From positions 1 through 50,987 of the forward strand of contig JAHEXP010000005.1 in assembly GCA_023252055.1 (NCBI GenBank): a stretch of DNA of 50,987 nt. The letters are read 5' to 3'. How positions within the stretch are numbered: the first letter of the stretch is position 1; each line of letters begins with the position of its first letter. Shown here piece after piece: positions 29,839 through 39,045 of this stretch. The notes below the pieces were generated by a model. That model was not told where the DNA came from. It did not search any database and worked only from the letters and a program-made list of their open reading frames with translations. Source of the stretch: Coriobacteriia bacterium. Its GTDB lineage: Bacteria; Actinomycetota; Coriobacteriia; Anaerosomatales; PALSA-660. Both the position numbers and the translations under genes were made by a program.

Positions 29839-29867
29839 ATTATGCCATCGGGTCGCACTATTGGGAA
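29839..29867 (-). promoter_or_regulatory. Sigma70-like promoter of the corrinoid methyltransferase operon.
   Basis: The reverse strand reads TTCCCA (29867-29862), a 17-nt spacer, then TGGCATAAT (29847-29839, extended -10). Confidence 0.4.
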
Positions 29868-29919
29868 CCAAGGAGCCGGGCATGGTTCACGGGCGCCGGC
29901 CCCGTCCCACGCGGCGGTC

Positions 29920-30552
29920 TCAGACCGACGCTTCGAACCAAGCGAGCGCCAGGTCGGCGGCCCGCGCCAGAGTGCCCGGCTCCTCGAACAGGTGCGTGGC
30001 CCCCGGGACGATCTCGAGCCGCTTCTCGCGGGCGGGGATCAGCGCCAGGGCCTCCTCGTTGAGTCCGATCACCTGGTAGTCGAGTCCGCCGACGATGAGC
30101 AGGATGGGCGCCTCAAGGTCGCGGAGCGCCTCCCCTGCAAGGTCGGGCCTGCCGCCGCGCGAGACGACCGCCGCGACCGTTGCCGGCATCCGCGTCGCCG
30201 CCACGATCGCAGCGGCGGCCCCGGTGCTCGCTCCGAAGTAGCCGACCGTCAGGTGTGCCAGTTCCGGTCGCGAGAGCACTTCGCGGGTCGCCGCCTCGAG
30301 CCGTTGGGCCAGAAGGCCGATGTCGAACCGGTTCGAGTAGGTCTCGTCCTCGCCCGGTGTCAGCAGGTCGAAGAGCAGAGTGCCGAACGAACCGGAGCGG
30401 CGCAGCACCGAGGCGACGTAGCGGTTTCGGCCGCTCAGGCGACTGGAGCCGGATCCGTGCGCGAACACCACGACGCCGCGGGCGCCATGGGGAACTTCCA
30501 GGTCGCCGATCAGCGTGACCGGGCCCGCCGGGATGCGGATCTCGCTGTCCAT
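29920..30552 (-). CDS. Dienelactone hydrolase-family alpha/beta hydrolase.
   Basis: The ORF 29920..31464 was trimmed to MDSEIRIPAG (GGAGGA 5 nt upstream). It is 210 aa with VVFAHGSGSS and [12 protein letters not shown] (nucleophile elbow). Confidence 0.8.
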   Translation of the reverse strand: MDSEIRIPAGPVTLIGDLEVPHGARGVVVFAHGSGSSRLSGRNRYVASVLRRSGSFGTLLFDLLTPGEDETYSNRFDIGLLAQRLEAATREVLSRPELAHLTVGYFGASTGAAAAIVAATRMPATVAAVVSRGGRPDLAGEALRDLEAPILLIVGGLDYQVIGLNEEALALIPAREKRLEIVPGATHLFEEPGTLARAADLALAWFEASV

Positions 30553-30669
30553 GCTCGTCCTCCGGTCTCGACCTGGGGGCGCGCGATATCGGAGCGAACG
30601 CCACCGTCGGTGGGTACATTCCCCGCAGTGGGCGGGGCTGCGCCGCTCCCGACAGGAAGGACGCGTCAC

Positions 30670-30918
30670 ATGGACTTCATCACGTGGATCCTGATCGGCC
30701 TTGTCGCGGGCATCATCGCCAAGATGATCATGCACGACCGGTTCGGCTGGATCATGACGATCGTCCTCGGCATCGTCGGAGCGTTCGTCGGCGGCTGGCT
30801 GTCCGGCCTGCTCGGCGGTCCGGCGGTCACCGGTTTCAACCTCATGTCGGTCCTGGTCGCAGCCGTCGGCGCGATCGTGGTCCTGTTCGTCTACGGGCTC
30901 ATCGCTCGCCGTGGCTAG
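30670..30918 (+). CDS. GlsB/YeaQ/YmgE-family small membrane stress protein.
   Basis: 82 aa: MDFITWILIGLVAGIIAKMI...GWLSGLLGG, with GGAAGGA upstream. Confidence 0.85.
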   Translation: MDFITWILIGLVAGIIAKMIMHDRFGWIMTIVLGIVGAFVGGWLSGLLGGPAVTGFNLMSVLVAAVGAIVVLFVYGLIARRG

Positions 30919-30948
30919 CCGACCGATGATCGGCACCGGGGTACGCCC

Positions 30949-32355
30949 ATGAGGGGGTCGCTGCCTCCGGGGACGGTGCATGCACCGGAGATCCGCGAAG
31001 GCTTGGACTGGGTCGGCACCGCGCCGGTCCGGCTGGCCGACCTGCGTGGGCGCATCGTCGTGCTCGACTTCTGGACCTACGGTTGAATCAACTGCATGCA
31101 CGTGCTCCCGCGTGTACGGGAGCTTGAGGAGAGGTTCGCCGACTCCGTCACCGTGATCGGCGTCCACGCCGGCAAGTTCGCGACCGAGCGCCACACCGAG
31201 CGCATCGCCGAGGCCTGCGACCGATTGGGCGTCGTGCACGCCGTGGTCAACGACCGGCAGTTCCGCGTCTGGCGAGACTACGCGGTCCAGGCCTGGCCGA
31301 CAGTCGCGGTGATCGACCCGGAGGGGTATGTCGCCGTCGTGGAACCTGGCGAGTTCGACGTCGAGGAGATGGCGGGCGAGATCGAGCGGATCGCTGCCCG
31401 GGCCCGGTCTCGCGGCACACTCATGCCCGGTCCGGACCCGGTGGCCTCGACCCTTGAGCGCCACACGGGGCCTTTGCGTTTCCCCACTCGCGCCGTGGTC
31501 GAAGGGCGGTCACTCTGGATCGCTGATACCGGACACGGCCGTGTCCTGGAGTGTGCGTGGGACGCTTCGCAGCATGCGGCCTCGATCGTGTCCGAGTACG
31601 CGGGTTTCGTCGAACCGCGTGGTCTCGCCGCGCTCGATGGCCGGATGTACGTGGCCGACCGGGGCGGACACCAGGTGTGGCGCCTGGAAGGCGGCGAGCG
31701 CGTGAACGTGGCGGGAACCGGGCGCATCGGCGACTACGCCATAGCGGCCGGCCCCGCCCTGAGCGCGGACCTGCGCTCGCCATGGGGCCTGTCTCCGCGC
31801 GGCGGCATGCTCGCGATCGCGATGGCGGGCACCCACCAGCTCTGGACGCTGGACACTGCGGACGGCGATCTCCGGCTTCTCGCGGGCGCCGGCGGCGAGA
31901 ACATCGCCGATGGGCCGCTGGAGCGCGCGGCGCTCGCGCAGCCTACCGGCCTGGCTTTGCTGCCGCTCGGCTCGCTGGCGCTGGCTGACTGCGAGACCTC
32001 CGCGGTCAGGATCGCAGACGACGCCGAAGTGATGACGCTCGTCGGAACAGGCCTCTTCGAGTTCGGGGACCGCGACGGCGTCGGGGACGAGGTCCTCCTC
32101 CAGCACTGCGAGGACGTGGCCTCCCATGGCGCCGCTCTGGCGGTCGCCGACACCTACAACGACCGCATCAAGCGCGTCGACCCGCTCACCCGCGGGTGCG
32201 GTCCGTGGCCCGGGGAGGCCGGCGAGTCGGGCGCGGTCCGCGAGCCGGGCGGCGTCTGGAGCGACGGCTCGACACTGCTCGTGGCCGACACCGGCCACCA
32301 CCGCATCGTGACCGTCGCGGGCGACGGCGCGCTCACCGAGGTACGCTTGTCCTGA
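30949..32355 (+). CDS. Thioredoxin-like domain plus NHL-repeat beta-propeller protein (NHLRC2-like). An in-frame TGA at 31084-31086 takes the place of the first Cys of CxxC, making it a candidate selenoprotein.
   Basis: ATG 30949 opens 45 codons (…LRGRIVVLDFWTYG), then TGA, then INCMHVLP... in the same frame as track ORF 31096..32355. The family consensus is FWTYCCINC.H. The NHL part carries IADTGHGRV, HQLWTL, LFEFGDRDG, LLQH and VADTYNDRIKRVD. Confidence 0.65.
31104..31123 (+). other. Candidate bacterial SECIS-like hairpin downstream of the in-frame UGA.
   Basis: A 7-bp stem GCUCCCG/CGGGAGC with loop CGUGUA (contains GU). The stem starts 17 nt after the UGA. Confidence 0.3.
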
Positions 32356-32391
32356 CCCTGCTCACCCAGAACCCACCCGAAAGGCGTCGTC

Positions 32392-33090
32392 ATGCCACTC
32401 GTGAAGATCGTCCCGATCCCGGTCCGCATGGGTCCGATGAGCGTTATGGCGTACCTGCTCGTCGGCGAACGCGTGGTCGTGGTGGACACGGGAGTGGGCG
32501 GACAAGCGCCGCGGATCCTCGAAGCGCTCGCGGACGAAGGCCGCACTGCGTCGGACATCTCGCTCATCCTCCTCACGCACGGTCATGGCGACCACGCAGG
32601 CAGCGCCGAGGCGCTGCGGATCGCGAGCGGAGCGCCTATCGCGCTCGGTGCCGGCGACGAGGAGAAGTGCGCGGCCGGGCGCGACACCGAGATGCATGGG
32701 CGCGGCCGCTCCGGGGCGGCGATGCTCACGATCATCCGCGCCCGGCAGGCGCTCGGTGCACCGACGGCCGGCCCCGCGCCCGACATCATCATCGATGCCG
32801 CCCGCTCGCTGCGTGAGTTCGGCGTGGATGCGGACGTGGTCCCGATGCCCGGCCACACCCGTGGCTCCCTGGCGGTCTTCACCGCGGACGGCGACGCGCT
32901 CGTGGGAGACCTTCTGGGTGGCGGTGGCCGCAGTCGCACGGCCCCGGAGCCTGGCGTGTTCGTCAGCGACGAGGGCGCGATGGACGCGAGCATCCGCGAA
33001 GTCGTCCGCCGCAGGCCGGTCCGCACCTTCACCGGCCACGATCTGGAGCCGTTCACGTTCGAGCAGCTCACGGAGGCGTTCGGCGCCTGA
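32392..33090 (+). CDS. MBL-fold metallo-hydrolase.
   Basis: 232 aa with the LTHGHGDHAG motif. Confidence 0.85.
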   Translation: MPLVKIVPIPVRMGPMSVMAYLLVGERVVVVDTGVGGQAPRILEALADEGRTASDISLILLTHGHGDHAGSAEALRIASGAPIALGAGDEEKCAAGRDTEMHGRGRSGAAMLTIIRARQALGAPTAGPAPDIIIDAARSLREFGVDADVVPMPGHTRGSLAVFTADGDALVGDLLGGGGRSRTAPEPGVFVSDEGAMDASIREVVRRRPVRTFTGHDLEPFTFEQLTEAFGA

Positions 33091-33122
33091 CCCGGCACCG
33101 CTTGGCCCTGACCAGCGAGGCC

Positions 33123-34739
33123 TCAGCGCCCGATGAGCCGCTTCACGGCGCGCTTTGCCCCGCGCACGATCCGGTCGCGGCGCTGCCGCATCATGTGGAC
33201 GCGCTCGGTCAGCCTGCCGTCCACGACGCGCAACGACAGGTTGCCCTTCTTCGTGGTGACGAGCAGCCCCGATCTCGCGCCCCCCGCAGGCCCGGACGCG
33301 TGAACGATCCGCGGCCGCGCTAAGGGCGGCGCGCACTCCGCGATGCGGCGATCGCGGGACGTGGCGCCGGCAGACACCCGGAGGTGCAGGCTGTAGGTTC
33401 CGACCTCGAGTACGCCGATGAGCCCAGCGCCTGACACATCGTCATCCACGAGCGCGATGGACTGCCCCTCCTCCACCACGACCGTGTGAGCGAGCGGGAC
33501 GATTACCTCGTCTTCGCCCTGTGCCGACCGCAGCACGAGAGACACGCGGTCGATCAAATGGCTGATCGGGCCCAACCCGCACCCTGCCACGATGTGGAAC
33601 CCGCTGCCCGTGATCTGCAGCGGCTCTGCCCGGCACCACGCCCGGACCTGCGTCTCCACGTTGAAGAGATCGTCGGGAAGGTTGCGGGTCCCGTCTCCCA
33701 TCCACGGCACGGCCAGCATCAGGAGCCCGTCACGTGCGACCGCCGCGGGAGGACACGCGGCTGCGACCAGGTCCAGATAGTCGGAGAACTCCTCGGATCG
33801 GCGCTCGGAGACCAGGCGCATGAGCACCCGGGCGTCAGGCGGGAGCGAGGCATCGATGCGTTCGGTGTAGTGGGCGTCCGTGATCTCGACGAACCGCGCG
33901 AACGCGGCGCGGCGCGCGACATCGTCGGCCTCGTTCCGGTATCCCTCGAACGCCGAACCCACGAACTCCGACCAGAAGTGGCGCCGCATGAGACGATCGC
34001 GCTCCGGCCCGGCGTCCGTCTTGGACGCCACGAGATCGAACATGGCGTCCGCGACCGGCATCCGGTCGGCGAGCGCCACCGCCCTCGTGGTGATGTTCGA
34101 CCGGTCCTCGCGGTATCCCCAGAACACGTAGTCCTTGTCTGCGAGAACCGAGATGCCGGAGCCGTCGAGGTACGCGGACGCCACGAAGGGCTGGTCCTCG
34201 CCCCACGGCATGCCCGTGGGGAATCCGAGTCCGAGCCGGTGGACGAGTTCGGTCCGAAACAGCTTCATCGGGTTGAGCGACCCGTAGATGGGCGATCGGA
34301 AGACATCGGTCCGCTGCGCCGTGCGCGCGAAGACGCGCCGGGGCGTTCGGCGCCCCCCGACCCCTTTGATCCGGCCGGCCACCACATCGGTGCCGTTCGC
34401 ATCGGCCACGCCGACCATGGTGGCGAGCGCATCGTCGGACAGCGTGTCGTCGGCGTCCAGGAAGAACACGTACCGCCCTGTGGCCTCCCGAAGAGCCCGG
34501 TTCCTCGGCGCTGCCGGGCCGCCGGAGTTCGTCTGGGACATCACTTCGACCCGGCGCTGCTGCGCTGCGACCTGTGCGAGGTACTCGGATGTGCCGTCGG
34601 TGGACCCGTCGTCCACGACGAGCACCTGCATCCGTCTCAGGCCGAGTGTCTGGCGCAGCACTGAGCCGAGCGCCTGCTCGAGATAGGGCATGCCGTTGTG
34701 GACGGCGATGATCACGCTGACGTCCGCTGGCCGACCCAT
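33123..34739 (-). CDS. Glycosyltransferase family 2 with a ~300-aa C-terminal extension of unknown function.
   Basis: VSVIIAVHNGMPYLEQAL...VVDDGSTDGT...FLDADD. The track start is a TTG at 34760, but GGGAGGGG sits inside it. The real start is probably GTG 34745 or 34742, or ATG 34739. Confidence 0.8.
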   Translation of the reverse strand: MGRPADVSVIIAVHNGMPYLEQALGSVLRQTLGLRRMQVLVVDDGSTDGTSEYLAQVAAQQRRVEVMSQTNSGGPAAPRNRALREATGRYVFFLDADDTLSDDALATMVGVADANGTDVVAGRIKGVGGRRTPRRVFARTAQRTDVFRSPIYGSLNPMKLFRTELVHRLGLGFPTGMPWGEDQPFVASAYLDGSGISVLADKDYVFWGYREDRSNITTRAVALADRMPVADAMFDLVASKTDAGPERDRLMRRHFWSEFVGSAFEGYRNEADDVARRAAFARFVEITDAHYTERIDASLPPDARVLMRLVSERRSEEFSDYLDLVAAACPPAAVARDGLLMLAVPWMGDGTRNLPDDLFNVETQVRAWCRAEPLQITGSGFHIVAGCGLGPISHLIDRVSLVLRSAQGEDEVIVPLAHTVVVEEGQSIALVDDDVSGAGLIGVLEVGTYSLHLRVSAGATSRDRRIAECAPPLARPRIVHASGPAGGARSGLLVTTKKGNLSLRVVDGRLTERVHMMRQRRDRIVRGAKRAVKRLIGR

Positions 34740-34781
34740 CACCACCAGTACCCCTCCCAAGGCGACTGGACGGGCTTCGGC

Positions 34782-35855
34782 TCAGTCCCGACGGCTCAGG
34801 TGCCGCCAGGCGAGTGAAGCATCCCCCCACGGCACGTCCGCGGCCGCGCCGCGCATGCCCAACCACCGCATGGTACCGCCTACGGCCCGGTGCTCCGACC
34901 GCAGCCGTTGGAGCTCCTGCGGGAACAGGATGACGGACGGCCCCGCACGGCCGCAGCGGGTGATGCCGTCGAATCTCTTCGAGAGCACGTCTCGCAGGAG
35001 GGCGGCCATGTCCACGCCGACCCGCCTCCCCACGTGCAACTGGGGCACCGGGCGAAGGTTCAGCTCGATCACGATCGGGGCGCCGCCACCCGCAGGCTCG
35101 AAGAAGTCGATGCTCGCGAATCCGTGCAGGCCGAACGCCAGACCAGCGAGGCGCGCCACCTCCAACAGCCCCGGTCCCACCGGCCTCAGGCGGTTGATCG
35201 TGGAGGGACCGAACGGCCCCGCGGTACGAAGTTTGTCGGCGGCGAAGGCCCCCACGACCTCCCCGCGCTCGAAGAGGCATGGCATCAAAGCGACGAGCCC
35301 GCTCACCCGCTCTTCAATGAGCGCCGGAAGTCCCACGGCACGGACGGCGGCAGCGGCCTCGGCGGTCGTCTCCGCCGAGCGCACCGCGTTCCCGCCGAAC
35401 CCGTGGCGCCCCTTCACGATCACCGGCGACCCGAACGAGTCGAACACCGCCGGCACCTCGTCGACACGCCCTACCACGACCGATCGCGGCACACGCAGTC
35501 CCGCTGCGGCCGCGGCCGCCGGGAAGGTGGTCTTGTCGAGAAGGACGCCCAGGACGTCGGGCCGTGCGGGAAGCACCGATGTCGCACGGGGATCGCCCGT
35601 CGCGCACAGGGCGCTCAGCAGCGGTTCGTCACACGCGAGCGCGCGATCGTATCGGGGAGCCATCTCCATCAGGCGTTCAGCGACGTCCTCCGCCGTCCCG
35701 GCCACCGCGATATGCGCTCGCACGCGAGAGGACGCGGCGGCCATCGTGCCCCCGCGATCGAGTAGGTCCACAGAGATGCCGGCGGCGCTCAGCGTTGACG
35801 GGAGGCGGGCGACCCCCATCCAATTGCGCGAAGACGCGATCAGAACACTCGGCAC
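34782..35855 (-). CDS. ATP-grasp domain protein.
   Basis: 357 aa with a GTG start and GGGGAGGGG 5 nt upstream. Motifs are SPVIVKGRHGFGGNAV, LIEERVSG and FASIDFF...IVIELNLRP. Confidence 0.7.
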   Translation of the reverse strand: MPSVLIASSRNWMGVARLPSTLSAAGISVDLLDRGGTMAAASSRVRAHIAVAGTAEDVAERLMEMAPRYDRALACDEPLLSALCATGDPRATSVLPARPDVLGVLLDKTTFPAAAAAAGLRVPRSVVVGRVDEVPAVFDSFGSPVIVKGRHGFGGNAVRSAETTAEAAAAVRAVGLPALIEERVSGLVALMPCLFERGEVVGAFAADKLRTAGPFGPSTINRLRPVGPGLLEVARLAGLAFGLHGFASIDFFEPAGGGAPIVIELNLRPVPQLHVGRRVGVDMAALLRDVLSKRFDGITRCGRAGPSVILFPQELQRLRSEHRAVGGTMRWLGMRGAAADVPWGDASLAWRHLSRRD

Positions 35856-35896
35856 CGCACCCCTCCCCCGTGCCTACCGCCGCCCCTGTGCCTGAG

Positions 35897-37555
35897 CTAC
35901 TCCGCCCCCGCACCGCCTTCGGGCGCATCCACGTCCTGAGGCTCGGGCGGAACCGGCGCGACACTCACCCTGTCGCGTCCTGCCGCCTTCGATGCGTAGA
36001 CCGCGCGGTCGGCCGCCGCGACCAAGGCATCCATCGTTGCGCCGTTCTCGGGGAATGTCGCGACGCCGAGCGAGATGGTCGTGTCGATGCGGCCGTCCCC
36101 GATCCCCTTCATCACGTCGTGCATGCGAAGGCGCCAGCGCTCCGCCCGCGCCCGCGCACTCTGTGCCCGCGCGTTGGGCAGGACCACCACGAACTCGTCT
36201 CCGCCGTATCGGCAGGTGATGTCGCAGCGCCGCGTGCCCTCGAGAAGCTCGGCGGCGATCGCGCGCAACATCTCGTCCCCGGCACCGTGGCCGTATGTGT
36301 CGTTGACCTCTTTGAAGTGGTCGACATCGAACATGACGAGGCTGACCGGATACCCGTCGCGCTCGGCGCGGCCAAGCTCACGTTCCAGCTGCTCGGCCAA
36401 GTGACGCCGGTTGTGGAGGCCGGTGAGCGGGTCGCGCGTCGCCTGCTCTCTCAGCTCCTCCTGCAGCGCCTCGATCTGCACCATGCGCCCGCGAAGGTCC
36501 TCGTACGCATGGTGAAGGGCCTGCTCCGCCTCCACCTGGTGCGTGATGTCGTTGAGGATGAAGAGGTCGCGCGTCTGGTCCGGGGTGCTGCCCGCCAGGC
36601 GCGAACGCTCCACGCCCAGGTACATCCCTGTCGGTGAAGCGATCGTGGACCGCCGCTCCTCATACACCGCCCTAACCGCGTCCTTCGCCGCGTCCGACCA
36701 GCCTTCGAAGAGCTCCTCTCCGGGCGAGCCCGGCACGGGCGCCTTCGACAGGCCGAGCATCCGTGCGGCCGCCGGGTTGATCTCCAGTACGCGCGCCGTG
36801 CCGTCTAGGACGATGAGTCCCACGGTCATCTCGTCCACGAGCACCTCGCGCGGGACCAGGACGAGGTCGAGCAACTTCAGGTGGAGAACGGTGAACGTGA
36901 TGATGGCGGCGGTGATGCTGAGGGTGAGGGCCGGATCGAATCCCGCGAACCGTTCCGGGGCGACGCTGTACGCGAGTTCGGCGATCCAAGGGAAGGCAGC
37001 CGCGACTACCAGGGCCGCGCTCTGCGACCGGTACAGGCCTCGCGCCGCCAGGGCAGCGTCCACGATCAGCAGTGTCGCCACCAGAACCGCCACGAGCGAG
37101 TACAGCGTGACGAGCCAATAGATCGGCCCATGCTGGTAGATGATGATCGTCGGCCGGCCGGGCAGGGTGCTGAATCCGGGCCACACCAGATGGTGGTACC
37201 TGTTCGTGAACGCCGCGATCGTGCTGATCGCGGGGATGACGAACAACAGTACGGCGCTGCGGCGCATCGGTTTGCGCGTGCGGCCGGAGAACGCGAGGGC
37301 GAACAGCAGGAAGAGAACCGGTACCGTCGTAGCGCCGATGTAGGAGAACTGGCCGGCGGTCACGTGCGCGGCCATCGTCAACGAGGAGTAGTCGAACGCC
37401 TCAGCGAGCGCCCACACCAAGGCGGCGAGGTTCCACAGGTAGAGCCATCGGCCTCCGGGCGCGTTCCTGACCCGGTACACGAACCAGGCCGCGACGCCAG
37501 AGACCGCTGCTGCGGCCAGATAGAGGAACGTGAATCCCGAGACCTCGAATGCCAC
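35897..37555 (-). CDS. Membrane sensor diguanylate cyclase (7TM sensor region, PAS, GGDEF).
   Basis: GTG at 37555 with GGGAGGGG 7 nt upstream. There are about 7 TM helices, a PAS segment, the GGDEF site RYGGDEFVVVL, and an RxxD (RRCD) I-site 5 residues upstream of it. Confidence 0.85.
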   Translation of the reverse strand: MAFEVSGFTFLYLAAAAVSGVAAWFVYRVRNAPGGRWLYLWNLAALVWALAEAFDYSSLTMAAHVTAGQFSYIGATTVPVLFLLFALAFSGRTRKPMRRSAVLLFVIPAISTIAAFTNRYHHLVWPGFSTLPGRPTIIIYQHGPIYWLVTLYSLVAVLVATLLIVDAALAARGLYRSQSAALVVAAAFPWIAELAYSVAPERFAGFDPALTLSITAAIITFTVLHLKLLDLVLVPREVLVDEMTVGLIVLDGTARVLEINPAAARMLGLSKAPVPGSPGEELFEGWSDAAKDAVRAVYEERRSTIASPTGMYLGVERSRLAGSTPDQTRDLFILNDITHQVEAEQALHHAYEDLRGRMVQIEALQEELREQATRDPLTGLHNRRHLAEQLERELGRAERDGYPVSLVMFDVDHFKEVNDTYGHGAGDEMLRAIAAELLEGTRRCDITCRYGGDEFVVVLPNARAQSARARAERWRLRMHDVMKGIGDGRIDTTISLGVATFPENGATMDALVAAADRAVYASKAAGRDRVSVAPVPPEPQDVDAPEGGAGAE

Positions 37556-37724
37556 GGTTCGTCCCCTCCCGATCCGCGGGGTCCGATGGATGTGCGCACA
37601 GACTAGCAATGTGTGCGCCGATGCGGAAGCCATGCCGTTCATCGGCGTGCGTCCGGTCCCTTTGCGGGGATGAAGGCTTCAGTGCTCGCAATGGGGCGAG
37701 CGACCTACGGGGGTTCGAGGACAG

Positions 37725-38732
37725 ATGCAGCGTTCGGCGGCGTTCCTCGCGGCGAGTCTCGCCTGTGTACTGCTCACGTGCGCGACCGGCTGCTCTCGGG
37801 CGGCCTCGCAACCGATCGTTCGGGCGCTGCGGGCGCCGGCGCCGCTCGAGGCGACCGTCGAGGAGACGTCGGCGGTGCCCCAAGGCAGCAGCGTCACGAC
37901 GTTCGCTGTCATCGGCGACTACGGCATGGACGACTCACACGAGCGCGCCGTCGCCGCGATGGTCGCCTCGTGGCGCCCCGCGTTCGTCATCGCGACCGGC
38001 GACGACTACTACGCGCACGCAGGCGGGAAAGGCAGCACCCGGTACGACGAATCCACCGGCGCGTACTACGCCGCGTGGCTCAGGGACATCACGACGACCG
38101 GGCACCGCGCGCCCACCGGCCTCGCGGCGGTGAACGCTTTCTTCCCCGCGCTCGGCAACCACGACTACAGCGACGCGACCCCGTCGCCGCGGACATACCT
38201 GCGGTACTTCACACTCCCGGGTGAGGGCTTCCACAGCACGTCCGGCAACGAGCGCTATTACGATTTCGTGGAGGGCCCGGTCCACTTCTTCGTGCTGAAC
38301 TCGAACAGGGTGGAACCCTCGGGGACGAGCGCCACTTCGGTCCAGGCGCGCTGGTTGAAAGCGGCCCTGGCGGCGTCGACGTCGCCTTGGAACGTGGTCT
38401 ACGACCACCACCCGCCGTACTCCTCCGACAGCAAGCACGGCTCGAGCACGTACATGCGGTGGCCGTTCGCGGCTTGGGGGGCCGACGTCGTCATCTCCGG
38501 CCACGCGCATGTATACGAGCGCGTCGTGCGCGGCGGCATCGTGTACTTCGTCAATGGCCTGGGCGGTGCGCCCCGCTACGCGTTCACCACCCCGGTGCGC
38601 GGCAGCAAGGTCCGTTACCGCGCCAACTGGGGAGCTCAACTCGCCACCGCCACGTCCTCCACCCTCGACTTCGAGTTCAGGAGCGTCGGCGGCCGCAACG
38701 TCGACCGATATCACCTGGTTTCGGACGAATAG
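37725..38732 (+). CDS. Secreted or lipoprotein calcineurin-like metallophosphoesterase.
   Basis: 335 aa with a signal peptide that includes Cys residues. Motifs are IGDYG, ATGDDYY, LGNHDY and GHAHVYER. Confidence 0.85.
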   Translation: MQRSAAFLAASLACVLLTCATGCSRAASQPIVRALRAPAPLEATVEETSAVPQGSSVTTFAVIGDYGMDDSHERAVAAMVASWRPAFVIATGDDYYAHAGGKGSTRYDESTGAYYAAWLRDITTTGHRAPTGLAAVNAFFPALGNHDYSDATPSPRTYLRYFTLPGEGFHSTSGNERYYDFVEGPVHFFVLNSNRVEPSGTSATSVQARWLKAALAASTSPWNVVYDHHPPYSSDSKHGSSTYMRWPFAAWGADVVISGHAHVYERVVRGGIVYFVNGLGGAPRYAFTTPVRGSKVRYRANWGAQLATATSSTLDFEFRSVGGRNVDRYHLVSDE

Positions 38733-38757
38733 ACCTCCGAGAGAGCCAGGGGCGCGG

Positions 38758-39045
38758 CTACTTCATGTTCTCGTCCCACGCCTGCTTTGCGCGAACGACC
38801 CATCCCTCCCACGCGTTCTCGAGATCCTTGCTGGCACTGTCCCAACGGTCGTCGGCGGTGTCCCATGCCTGCGCGGCTTGGATCTTCAGGTCATCGAACT
38901 GCCTACGAAGATCGGCCAAGGTCTCCATGTACTCCGCGTGGGCCTGCCCCGGTGCTGCTTCGCTCCGGGCCTTCATCGCCTCGAGATTGGCCTTCCACTC
39001 GTCCAGCAGGGCGCCGTAGCGCGCCTTCGTCTCGTGCCGATCCAT
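38758..39045 (-). CDS. Small coiled-coil protein of unknown function.
   Basis: The ORF was trimmed to MDRHETKARYGALLDEWKANLEAMKA... (95 aa). It has a heptad-like charged pattern and no recognisable family. Confidence 0.4.
   Translation of the reverse strand: MDRHETKARYGALLDEWKANLEAMKARSEAAPGQAHAEYMETLADLRRQFDDLKIQAAQAWDTADDRWDSASKDLENAWEGWVVRAKQAWDENMK

Noticed and set aside
29788-29883. ATG 29883 as the start of methyltransferase copy A.
   Set aside because: A -35 / extended -10 promoter-like element (29839-29867) lies inside this extension. The MtaA-like N-terminal motif (TPKQRL...DRPP) begins right after TTG 29787. The choice remains uncertain.
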